Shown piece by piece: positions 1 through 8,398 of a stretch of 51,858 nt of DNA. Source of the DNA: Eubacteriales bacterium (GTDB lineage Bacteria; Bacillota; Clostridia; Oscillospirales; QAKW01). The position numbers and the translations under genes are program-made. Within the stretch, counting starts at the first letter, position 1. Each line of letters begins with the position of its first letter. The stretch is taken from assembly GCA_045660845.1 (NCBI GenBank), contig JAZREO010000139.1, forward strand, positions 1 through 51,858, written 5' to 3'. The notes under the pieces are model-generated. The model was given only the letters and a program-made list of their open reading frames with translations. It was not told the DNA's origin and ran no database searches.

Positions 1-156
1 GTTTTTTCAGAACCGGATGATACCGCCAAGGGGCAGCAAACCCCCATCACCTATGCGGTGCTGAGCAGCGATAAGCTCTGTGCTCTTGGTTGGAAAGGAA
101 ATTATACGGTAGAGCAGGGTGTCGAGAGTACCATCAAAGTATTGACAGGGAGATAA
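1..156 (+). CDS. C-terminal fragment of an SDR-type nucleotide-sugar epimerase/dehydratase (5' end outside window)
   Basis: Frame 1 is open from base 1 to TAA at 154-156 (...ITYAVLSSDKLCALGWKGNYTVEQGVESTIKVLTGR*). The D.K...LGW....L.EG tail resembles the usual C-terminus of NAD-dependent sugar epimerases. Only 51 codons are visible. Confidence 0.4.
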   Translation, partial: VFSEPDDTAKGQQTPITYAVLSSDKLCALGWKGNYTVEQGVESTIKVLTGR

Positions 157-171
157 TAGTTTCGATTTTTT

Positions 172-2631
172 ATGAATATTCAGACGAAAAAGGATTTCAA
201 ATACGCAACTCTTTATAACGCTGAGCAGGATTCGTACTGCACCAGCGGTAAGGCCGAAAACCTGGTAATGGGTCCGGAGACCGCCAAGCGTTTCGAGGAA
301 AACGACGACTGCGCAGTCACCATCTGCTGTATTACCTATAAGCATGAAGAGTTTATCCGGGATGCCCTGGATAGCTTTTTGATGCAGAAGACTAACTTTA
401 AATATAAGGTATTCGTCGGCGAGGACTGCGGTCCGGATGGAACCGCGGATATTGTCCGTGAATATGCGGAGAAGTACCCGGATATTATCGTCCCGTTTCT
501 CCGGGAGGAGAATATGGGCGCCCAGGCAAACCTGATCGATCTTTGCCGCCATGCCAATAGCCCCTATATTGCTTTTTGCGAGGGTGACGACTATTGGGTG
601 GATGAATACAAGCTTCAAAAGCAGTATGACTATATGCAGGCGAATCCGGATCTGCGGGTGGCGTTTACCCGCGCCGAGATCAGCGCACCTGAGGATTGGT
701 TCCTGCGGGATTGGTTTAAAGCTGATAAAGAGGGGAGAATGATCTTCCCGGATTGTGAGCCGTCTTATAAGCTTAAGACTACGCCATATACCGCCTTTGA
801 CTGCGTTTGGGTTTTTCCTGCCCATACGGCGACGGTTTTTTACCGCTGGAATTACGACATTGAGATTCCTGAGTGGTACTATACCGGCATTATCGGCGAC
901 CACCCCATCTTCATGATGCAATTAGGGGAAGGGGAAGCGGGATTTTTAACGGATGTTACTGCCGTTTATCGCCGAAGTAATGTTGGCGTTTACATGAGCG
1001 CCGATATGGACGAGCACTTTATGAAAACCCGCTTGGATCACATTCGCTGGATGAGCGGTCTTTTGGAGTGGTACAATACGCACCTTGAAAAATTCCCCGG
1101 TGTACAGTTTGAAAACCGGATCAAATTAGAATCCTTCAATTATCTGAAAACGGCAAACAAATTGGAAGATTATGATGCGATCCTGCATTATTTCCATACC
1201 TACCCTGAGGCTGCACAGCTTTCTCTGACTGCGTTTTTATCCTTTTACGGCGACAGCCGCATGATGGTCAATGCTTGGACCTGGAATGGTTATCAGCTTT
1301 TGGTTCGTAATCGCTACTATCGGTACGGCGGCAAGATCTATGTAACCTTTTTGAAGATTCTGAATGTTATCCATCAATTCTTTAAAAAAGCCGTCAAGGG
1401 TGCGAAAATAGCATTGTCGCTGATCCCTTATTGGTGCAACACCCTGGTGCCCAAAACCAAAAACTTATGGGTCATCACCAGTTTTCGCGGCAATGGGTAC
1501 CTGGATAACACCAAATATTTTTATGAATATATCCTGAAAAACCACCCGGAGATCGATATCCGATGGCTGACGAATAATAGTGTTGTCTATAAGCAATTGA
1601 AAGCGGAGGGAAAGCCGGTCTGTATGTCCGGTACTAAGGAGTATAAGAAGGTTCTTTCCCGGGCAGAGATCGCGGTTACCGACCATTATGTTATGTCCGA
1701 CTATGATCCGTTCCAAGGCTTTAACGACAAAACTAAGGTGGTCCAGCTCTGGCATGGCGTTGGCTTTAAGGCGATGGGGGATGCCAATGGTGTCCGCAAC
1801 ACCGACCAAAGAGGTGCGCGATATAGCTGGGACATCCTGCCTACTGACAAGGATAATATCTTTACACGTTTCATCAAACGCATCAAATACTTTTTCAAGG
1901 CTCCTTATCGGGAACTTTTCGAAAAATACTTTTTATTTGTCTGCCCCGGTGAAGAGCGCCTGACCATGATCGCCGATATCTGGAAGGTCCCCCGAGAAAA
2001 TTGCTTTATGGCGGGGCACCCCCGCGATCTCCCTATGTATAATACCGAGCGGCAGGAGGTGCCCATCAAGGTAATGTATGCACCTACCTATCGGTTTGAT
2101 TTTCAAAGGGAAACTGCGATGGTTCGGGAATTTTTAGAAGCTGTACCGGCAGTGCAGGCATTGATGGAGCAGATCAACGGCGAGTTTTATCTGCGGATGC
2201 ACCCCCATACCTGGCGCAGCTACAGCGGCAAGATCAAGAACGTGCTGAAGCAATTTGATCGTGTAAAGCTGCATGATCAGCCAGATGTGTATACTGAGAT
2301 CGGTACCTTCTCCATTATGATCACTGACTATTCCAGCATCGGACTGGATTTTGCTCAGTTGGACCGTCCGGTCATCTTCCATGGTTCGGACTACGATTGG
2401 TTTGTAAAGAACGAAGCCGGCTTTAATCTGGATTTCCCCAATGTTATTCCCGGTCCTATGACCGGCAGTTGGAGAGAGACTCTGGGTCAGGTGAAGGAAT
2501 ATGCAGAGAATCCTCGAAAGGATGCCACCTTGCGAGAAGAAAAACTGCAGTTCTTCTTCGATAAATCCGCCAACGGTCCGGATAATTCCGAACGTATTGT
2601 AAATGAAATCAAACGGCGAATCGGTTTATAA
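172..2631 (+). CDS. two-domain glycopolymer synthase: N-terminal GT2 glycosyltransferase fused to a C-terminal CDP-glycerol glycerophosphotransferase (TagB/TagF-like)
   Basis: 819 aa ORF. N-terminus: VTICCITYKHEEFIRDALDSFLMQ...VFVGEDCGPDGT...AFCEGDDYW (GT-A/GT2 pattern with acidic DxD-like motif). C-terminus from about aa 430: VVQLWHGVGFKAMG, MYAPTYR, LRMHPH, ITDYSSIGLDFAQLDRPVIFH, which are typical TagF-family motifs including the WHG histidine. Confidence 0.85.
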   Translation: MNIQTKKDFKYATLYNAEQDSYCTSGKAENLVMGPETAKRFEENDDCAVTICCITYKHEEFIRDALDSFLMQKTNFKYKVFVGEDCGPDGTADIVREYAEKYPDIIVPFLREENMGAQANLIDLCRHANSPYIAFCEGDDYWVDEYKLQKQYDYMQANPDLRVAFTRAEISAPEDWFLRDWFKADKEGRMIFPDCEPSYKLKTTPYTAFDCVWVFPAHTATVFYRWNYDIEIPEWYYTGIIGDHPIFMMQLGEGEAGFLTDVTAVYRRSNVGVYMSADMDEHFMKTRLDHIRWMSGLLEWYNTHLEKFPGVQFENRIKLESFNYLKTANKLEDYDAILHYFHTYPEAAQLSLTAFLSFYGDSRMMVNAWTWNGYQLLVRNRYYRYGGKIYVTFLKILNVIHQFFKKAVKGAKIALSLIPYWCNTLVPKTKNLWVITSFRGNGYLDNTKYFYEYILKNHPEIDIRWLTNNSVVYKQLKAEGKPVCMSGTKEYKKVLSRAEIAVTDHYVMSDYDPFQGFNDKTKVVQLWHGVGFKAMGDANGVRNTDQRGARYSWDILPTDKDNIFTRFIKRIKYFFKAPYRELFEKYFLFVCPGEERLTMIADIWKVPRENCFMAGHPRDLPMYNTERQEVPIKVMYAPTYRFDFQRETAMVREFLEAVPAVQALMEQINGEFYLRMHPHTWRSYSGKIKNVLKQFDRVKLHDQPDVYTEIGTFSIMITDYSSIGLDFAQLDRPVIFHGSDYDWFVKNEAGFNLDFPNVIPGPMTGSWRETLGQVKEYAENPRKDATLREEKLQFFFDKSANGPDNSERIVNEIKRRIGL

Positions 2632-2642
2632 GAGAGGCAAAA

Positions 2643-3935
2643 ATGGAACAAATTAAAATCATGGTATTTCCCTGCGGGTCCGAGATCGGCTTAGAGCTAC
2701 ATCGGTCCCTCAAGGATATAAGATTTATCGACCTATATGGTGCCTCCAGCGTGGATGACCACGGCTGCTGGGTATACAAAAACTATATTGGCGGGATTCC
2801 TTTTATCAACGATCCTAACTTTATTGATGTTCTAAATAAGCACATTGATGAAAATCATATTGATTTTATCTTCCCGGCATTCGATAGCGTTATTCTAGCG
2901 CTTTCCAAGAACAGAGAAAGACTTCACGCAAAGCTGCTCACCTGCCCGGATGAAACCGTCGAATTATGCAGAAGCAAATCCAAAACCTATGCGAGACTTG
3001 CAGGCTGCGATTTTCTACCGAAGATCTATACTTCGCCCGAGGAGATCGACCAATACCCGGTTATCATCAAGCCTACCGAGTCCCAAGGTGCCCAGGGCTT
3101 TATGATTTTGAAGAATGAAGACCAGCTGCGGCATGAACTGGCGATCCGCACCGAGGAGCAGGTAGTTTGCGAATATCTGCCCGGCGAGGAGTATACCATC
3201 GACTGCTTTACCGACCGTCACGGCAACTTGCGCTATGCGTCTTGTCGTAACCGTCACCGTATCAAAAACGGAATCAGTGTCAATTCCTCCATTATGGAGC
3301 CGGATGCGCGGGTACTTGAGATTGCCGAAACCATCAATCAGATGATGGATTTCCGGGGTGTTTGGTTTTTCCAACTAAAAAAGAGTCTCAGCGGGGAATA
3401 CCGCCTGTTGGAATGTGCAACCCGTGTGGCGGGTACCATGTGCGTTGAGCGTGCCGCCGGTGTGAACCTGGCGCTTCTGACTGTCTTTGATGCGCTGGGC
3501 TATGATGTGGATATCCCGGAACAGATCAGCCATGTAGTTGTAGACCGGGCTTTGCATAATGTCTTTAAAGTAGACATTGATTACGATGAAGTGTATATGG
3601 ATTTTGACGACACCGTCATTGTCCATGATCGAGTGAATTTTACTGTTCTGCGCTTTATTTACCAATGCGTTGAAAAGAAGATCCCCGTAATTTTGCTGAC
3701 ACGCCATGAGACAGACATTATTACTGATCTCAAAGCTCGGCGAATCGCTCCCGAGTTATTTGATGAGATCATTTGTCTGCCTCGTTCGGAGCGGAAGATC
3801 GACCATGTATCTCCTTCCAAAAAGGCACTTTTTATTGACGATTCCTTTGCAGAACGCAAGAGTATGCAGGATGCCTACGGAATCTGGACTTTAGGTGTTG
3901 ATGCAGTAGAAGCCTTACTGGATGAGCGCCAATAA
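2643..3935 (+). CDS. ATP-grasp ligase domain fused to a small capless HAD-like phosphatase domain
   Basis: 430 aa. Residues 1 to about 300 read as an ATP-grasp fold (YPVIIKPTESQGAQGF, VVCEYLPGEEYTIDCF, LLECATRVAG). Residues about 310-430 read as HAD (VYMDFDDTVIV = DxDxT, ILLTRHE, ALFIDDS). RBS AGAGAGG lies 5 nt upstream. The 3' end overlaps the next ORF by 14 nt. Confidence 0.7.
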   Translation: MEQIKIMVFPCGSEIGLELHRSLKDIRFIDLYGASSVDDHGCWVYKNYIGGIPFINDPNFIDVLNKHIDENHIDFIFPAFDSVILALSKNRERLHAKLLTCPDETVELCRSKSKTYARLAGCDFLPKIYTSPEEIDQYPVIIKPTESQGAQGFMILKNEDQLRHELAIRTEEQVVCEYLPGEEYTIDCFTDRHGNLRYASCRNRHRIKNGISVNSSIMEPDARVLEIAETINQMMDFRGVWFFQLKKSLSGEYRLLECATRVAGTMCVERAAGVNLALLTVFDALGYDVDIPEQISHVVVDRALHNVFKVDIDYDEVYMDFDDTVIVHDRVNFTVLRFIYQCVEKKIPVILLTRHETDIITDLKARRIAPELFDEIICLPRSERKIDHVSPSKKALFIDDSFAERKSMQDAYGIWTLGVDAVEALLDERQ

Positions 3936-4716
3936 GAAAGAGGGTTTTAGTTTGCTGGAAAAAGCCAAGCGATACCGTTTTCTCTTTGAAGAGCTTGTAA
4001 AACGGGATTTCAAAAAGAAATATAAGCGTACCGTATTAGGTGTAGTGTGGAGCATTTTAGCACCCTTGCTGAATGTACTGATATTAATGCTTGTCTTCAC
4101 CCAGTTCTTCGGCAGGGAGCAGGAGCATTTTATCATCTATATTTTCAGCGGAACACTCCTCATGTCCTTTTACACCGAAACGACTCAGGGCTGTATGCGG
4201 GCGTTGATGGCAAATGCATCTATTTTCACAAAGATCAACGTACCGAAATACTTATTTTTACTATCCAAAGCCTTCCAGTCTTTCATTAATTTCCTGTTGA
4301 CATTTCTGCTGTTTCTGGTGTTTTGTCTCTTTGACGGCATTCACTTCGGATTCCATATGTTAACGCTGATCTATCCCATTTTCTGGTCGCTGATCTTCTG
4401 TTTCGGCGTGGGGATGATCTTATCAGCCTTGTTTGTATTCTTCCGGGATGTGGAATATTTGTACGGCGTTTTTCTCACGCTGCTCAATTATGTTTCCGCA
4501 ATTTTCTATCCCACTTCTATTTTAGGAGAATATGCGTTTTTATTCCACCTCAATCCGCTGTATGCCTATATTGACTTTTTCCGTACGGTGACCATCGATG
4601 GAGTGGTTCCGTCTTTGGCGCTGCATATTTTGTGTGCGGTATATGCGCTGATCTTTTTAGGGATCGGCTGCTTGATTTATAAAAAGTGTAATCACGAGTT
4701 TTTATATTATGTTTGA
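3922..4716 (+). CDS. ABC-2 type polysaccharide/teichoic acid exporter permease (TagG/Wzm-like)
   Basis: 264 aa with about 6 hydrophobic segments. The N-terminal FEELVKRDFKKKYKRTVLGVVWSILAPLL is the hallmark ABC-2 exporter motif. An alternative TTG start at 3952 has a better RBS (AAAGAGGG, 8 nt spacing). Confidence 0.85.
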   Translation: MSANKKEGFSLLEKAKRYRFLFEELVKRDFKKKYKRTVLGVVWSILAPLLNVLILMLVFTQFFGREQEHFIIYIFSGTLLMSFYTETTQGCMRALMANASIFTKINVPKYLFLLSKAFQSFINFLLTFLLFLVFCLFDGIHFGFHMLTLIYPIFWSLIFCFGVGMILSALFVFFRDVEYLYGVFLTLLNYVSAIFYPTSILGEYAFLFHLNPLYAYIDFFRTVTIDGVVPSLALHILCAVYALIFLGIGCLIYKKCNHEFLYYV

Positions 4717-4730
4717 TAGAAGGTGATGCT

Positions 4731-5666
4731 GTGGCGGTAGTTGAATGTAAAAATGTATCCATTCGATATAAAACAGGGGACATTCAGTCCATCGGATTGA
4801 AGGACTATGTTATTCGAAAGCTAACTGGCAAATATTCCGTCAATGAATTCTGGGCAGATAAAGACGTGACTTTTTCTCTGGAAAAGGGAGATATGCTGGG
4901 GATCGTCGGCACCAACGGTGCCGGTAAATCCACTCTATTGAAAGCAGTCACCGGCATCATGGTGCCTACTGAAGGAATCGTTAAAACCAGTGGGAACATT
5001 GCGGCGCTCTTGGAGCTCGCCTCTGGTTTTGATCCGGAACTGACCGTTCGGGAAAACACGTATCTGCGGGGTGCTCTATTGGGATATACCCGAGAATTCA
5101 TCGACGCAAAGTATAAGGAGATCATATCCTTTGCCGAGCTGGAGGAATTCCAAGAGCATATGTTCAAGCAGTTATCCAGTGGCATGAAAAGCCGCCTGGC
5201 TTTCTCCATTGCCTGCTTAGTGGAACCGGATATTCTAATCTTGGACGAGGTGCTCAGCGTAGGTGACGAGGGCTTTAAGGATAAAAGTGCGCACCGTATC
5301 AAGAAGATCCTTTCCAACGGCGTGACCGGAATCTTGGTTTCCCATTCGGTGCAGCAGGTCCGAGACCTTTGTAATAAAGCCTTATGGTTAGACCACGGAA
5401 AGCAGATTGCATTCGGTACCTCCTATGAGGTCTGCAACGCTTATAGCGCCTATATCTTTTCGGAAAAGGACAAGCGTCGTCTGCCCACCTCAGAAGAGGA
5501 AGTAGAGGCAAATTCCACCTTGTTTATTCAAGCGTGGAGACTGGGCGTTAAGGAACGGGCGGCGAAAGCAAATCCGCCCGGTGAAACCGAAACCGCCCGT
5601 CTGCAACGGTTAATGAATATGGTCGAAGCTATGTCTCCGGAAGAGAGACAAAATATATTAAAATGA
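4731..5666 (+). CDS. polysaccharide/teichoic acid exporter ATP-binding protein (TagH/Wzt-like)
   Basis: Walker A GTNGAGKST, signature LSSGMKSRL, Walker B ILILDEVLSVGD. The ORF track starts at TTG 4713 with no RBS. GTG 4731 is preceded by GAAGGTGA, so I prefer it. The last ~75 aa form a tail with no motif I recognise. Confidence 0.85.
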   Translation: MAVVECKNVSIRYKTGDIQSIGLKDYVIRKLTGKYSVNEFWADKDVTFSLEKGDMLGIVGTNGAGKSTLLKAVTGIMVPTEGIVKTSGNIAALLELASGFDPELTVRENTYLRGALLGYTREFIDAKYKEIISFAELEEFQEHMFKQLSSGMKSRLAFSIACLVEPDILILDEVLSVGDEGFKDKSAHRIKKILSNGVTGILVSHSVQQVRDLCNKALWLDHGKQIAFGTSYEVCNAYSAYIFSEKDKRRLPTSEEEVEANSTLFIQAWRLGVKERAAKANPPGETETARLQRLMNMVEAMSPEERQNILK

Positions 5667-5677
5667 GGTAAAAACGC

Positions 5678-6565
5678 ATGAAAGGTATTATTCTTGCCGG
5701 AGGTTCCGGAACCCGCTTATACCCTTTGACCCGTGTAACTTCCAAGCAGCTACTGCCCATTTATGATAAACCTATGATCTATTACCCCTTGTCTACGTTG
5801 ATGCTGGCGGGCATCCGGGATATCCTGATCATTTCCACCCCGGAGGATACCCCTCGGTTCAAAGCACTTTTGGGAGATGGGCACCAGTTTGGCGTCGAAC
5901 TTTCCTATGCGGTGCAGGAAAGCCCTGACGGTCTGGCTCAGGCATTTTTGATAGGCGAGGACTTCATTGGCGATGAACCTTGCGCAATGGTCTTGGGTGA
6001 TAACATTTTCTACGGCGGCTATTTTACCAAACATCTGGCGGAGGCAGTCGCTAACGCGAAAAACGGTTGTGCTACTATTTTCGGCTATTATGTAACGGAT
6101 CCGGAGCGATTCGGTATTGTGGAGTTTGATAATGACCTGAAGGTCCTTTCTCTGGAAGAAAAGCCTCAGGCGCCTAAGTCCAACTATTGCGTGACCGGTC
6201 TGTATTTCTACGATAAGCGTGTTGTGGAAATGGCAAAGAAAGTAAAACCCTCTGCTCGGGGTGAATTAGAGATCACCGATCTCAATAAACTGTACCTGGA
6301 AGCAGATAGTCTGAAGGTTCAGATCTTAGGGCGGGGCTTTGCCTGGCTGGATACCGGAACTATGGACAGCCTGATGGAGGCGGCATCCTTTGTGCAGACA
6401 GTGCAAAACCGCCAGGGCGTCGTCATTTCCGCTCCCGAGGAGATCGCCTATCACCTGAAATGGATCGATAAGGAGCAGCTCTTAGAATCTGCTGAGCTTT
6501 ACGGAAAATCTCCCTACGGCGAGCATCTGCGCCGCGTGGCAATGGATAAGTTGCGTCGTTTCTGA
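5678..6565 (+). CDS. rfbA: glucose-1-phosphate thymidylyltransferase
   Basis: [18 protein letters not shown]... is the RmlA N-terminus, and the protein is full length at 295 aa. RBS GAGGT is present. Confidence 0.95.
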   Translation: MKGIILAGGSGTRLYPLTRVTSKQLLPIYDKPMIYYPLSTLMLAGIRDILIISTPEDTPRFKALLGDGHQFGVELSYAVQESPDGLAQAFLIGEDFIGDEPCAMVLGDNIFYGGYFTKHLAEAVANAKNGCATIFGYYVTDPERFGIVEFDNDLKVLSLEEKPQAPKSNYCVTGLYFYDKRVVEMAKKVKPSARGELEITDLNKLYLEADSLKVQILGRGFAWLDTGTMDSLMEAASFVQTVQNRQGVVISAPEEIAYHLKWIDKEQLLESAELYGKSPYGEHLRRVAMDKLRRF

Positions 6566-6591
6566 TATCAAAGCAAGAGAGGTACATTATT

Positions 6592-7611
6592 ATGACTATT
6601 ATCGTGACCGGCGGTGCCGGCTTTATCGGCTCCAATTTTGTATTCCATATGCTGAAAAAATATCCCGATTACCGGGTCGTTTGTGTGGACAAGCTCACCT
6701 ATGCCGGCAATCTTTCTACCCTCCAACCGGTAATGGATAATCCCAATTTTCGTTTTGTAAAATTGGATATCTGTGACCGGGAGGGGATCTACGGTTTATT
6801 TGATGAGGAGCATCCCAACATCGTTGTGAACTTTGCAGCGGAAAGCCATGTGGACCGTTCCATTGAGGATCCCGGTATTTTCCTGCAGACCAATATTATG
6901 GGTACCGCTGTTTTAATGGATGCGTGCCGCAAATATGGAATTGATAGATATCATCAAGTATCTACCGACGAGGTGTACGGTGATCTTCCTCTGGACCGTC
7001 CCGATCTTTTCTTCACCGAGGAGACCCCGATCCATACCAGCAGTCCCTATAGCAGCTCCAAGGCTGGCGCCGATCTTTTGGTGCTGGCATATCACCGTAC
7101 CTTCCAGCTTCCGGTGACCATCAGCCGCTGCTCCAATAACTACGGACCCTATCATTTCCCTGAGAAGCTGATCCCCCTGATGATCGCAAATGCTTTGAAC
7201 GATAAGCCTTTGCCGGTCTACGGCGAGGGTCTCAATGTGCGGGACTGGCTGTATGTGGAGGATCACTGCAAAGCAATCGACCTGATCATCCATCAGGGTA
7301 AGGTCGGCGAGGTCTACAATATCGGTGGTCATAACGAAATGAAGAATATCGATATCGTCAAGATCATCTGCAAGGAACTGAATAAACCGGAGAGTCTCAT
7401 CACCTATGTGGCAGACCGGAAGGGTCACGATATGCGCTATGCTATCGATCCCACCAAGATCCATCGCGAACTGGGCTGGCTGCCGGAAACCAAGTTTGCA
7501 GACGGCATCAAGAAAACCATTCAATGGTATCTGGATAATCGCGAATGGTGGGAGACCATCATCAGCGGTGAGTATCAGAACTATTACGAAAAGATGTATG
7601 GCAATCGATAA
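6592..7611 (+). CDS. rfbB: dTDP-glucose 4,6-dehydratase
   Basis: [24 protein letters not shown] and [13 protein letters not shown] (YxxxK) are RmlB hallmarks. 339 aa. Confidence 0.95.
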   Translation: MTIIVTGGAGFIGSNFVFHMLKKYPDYRVVCVDKLTYAGNLSTLQPVMDNPNFRFVKLDICDREGIYGLFDEEHPNIVVNFAAESHVDRSIEDPGIFLQTNIMGTAVLMDACRKYGIDRYHQVSTDEVYGDLPLDRPDLFFTEETPIHTSSPYSSSKAGADLLVLAYHRTFQLPVTISRCSNNYGPYHFPEKLIPLMIANALNDKPLPVYGEGLNVRDWLYVEDHCKAIDLIIHQGKVGEVYNIGGHNEMKNIDIVKIICKELNKPESLITYVADRKGHDMRYAIDPTKIHRELGWLPETKFADGIKKTIQWYLDNREWWETIISGEYQNYYEKMYGNR

Positions 7612-7625
7612 AAGGAGATCTGGTA

Positions 7626-8321
7626 ATGCTTGAGCAATTAAAAGCGGAGGTTTGCGCCGCAAATTTGGATTTGGTCAGTAAGGGTGTCGTTGTTTACACC
7701 TGGGGTAATGTTAGCGGCATTGACCGGGAAAAGGGCTTGGTCGTCATTAAGCCCTCCGGCGTAGACTATGCGCATATGACCCCGGAGGATATGGTCGTCT
7801 TAGACCTCAATACCGGCGAAACGGTAGAAGGGAAGTGGAGACCGTCCTCCGATACCCCTACTCATCTGGAACTTTATCGCGCCTTTCCCGATATCGGTGG
7901 TATCACCCATACCCATTCCATCAACGCCGTTGCTTTTGCTCAGGCCGGGATGGATATTCCCGCGCTTGGAACCACCCACGCTGACTATTTCTGGGGTAAT
8001 ATTCCCTGCACCAGAGAGTTAACGGAATCGGAAGTAAAGACGGAATATGAGGCCAATACCGGCGTTGTGATCATCGAGACCATCAAGGAGCGGGGCTACG
8101 ATCCCATGGCAATTCCGGGCATCGTAGTGAAAAATCATGGTCCCTTTACCTGGGGGAAAGATGCTGCCGGCTCGGTATTCAACGCGGTGGTCATGGAAAA
8201 GGTTGCCGATATGGCACTCAAGACGCTGACGCTAAACAGCGAAAGTACATTGGCTCAATATGTACTGGATAAGCACTATGAGCGTAAGCACGGTAAAAAC
8301 GCGTATTACGGTCAAAAATAA
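7626..8321 (+). CDS. araD: L-ribulose-5-phosphate 4-epimerase (class II aldolase/adducin family)
   Basis: It aligns end to end with my recollection of E. coli AraD: MLEQLK..., [57 protein letters not shown]. It starts 14 nt after rfbB and has an AAGGAG RBS. Confidence 0.9.
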   Translation: MLEQLKAEVCAANLDLVSKGVVVYTWGNVSGIDREKGLVVIKPSGVDYAHMTPEDMVVLDLNTGETVEGKWRPSSDTPTHLELYRAFPDIGGITHTHSINAVAFAQAGMDIPALGTTHADYFWGNIPCTRELTESEVKTEYEANTGVVIIETIKERGYDPMAIPGIVVKNHGPFTWGKDAAGSVFNAVVMEKVADMALKTLTLNSESTLAQYVLDKHYERKHGKNAYYGQK

Positions 8322-8325
8322 CGGT

Positions 8326-8352
8326 AAAAACGCCCCAAAATGGGGCGTTTTC
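8326..8352 (+). terminator. rho-independent terminator closing the glycopolymer operon
   Basis: AAACGCCCCA-AAA-TGGGGCGTTT gives a 10 bp perfect stem, followed by TTTTC. Confidence 0.85.
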
Positions 8353-8398
8353 TACTATTTTATCACCTCTTTTCATATAATTTGAGGAGGTGATAGAA

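Noticed and set aside
7-921. 304 aa ORF on the minus strand overlapping the start of the GT2/TagF gene
   Set aside because: It is entirely antisense to a well-supported coding region. It has no RBS and no recognisable motif, and its composition is Arg/Ile/Leu-rich, as expected from reading a gene backwards. It is a shadow ORF.
6913-7662. 249 aa antisense ORF across rfbB
   Set aside because: It mirrors the rfbB frame, whose product is near-canonical. No independent signals support it.
8361-8398. CATATAAT element upstream of cwlD as a SigE-type -10
   Set aside because: A transcript starting about 7 nt downstream would begin inside or after the GGAGG ribosome-binding site. The putative -35 is also a poor match. 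I cannot support it from sequence alone.
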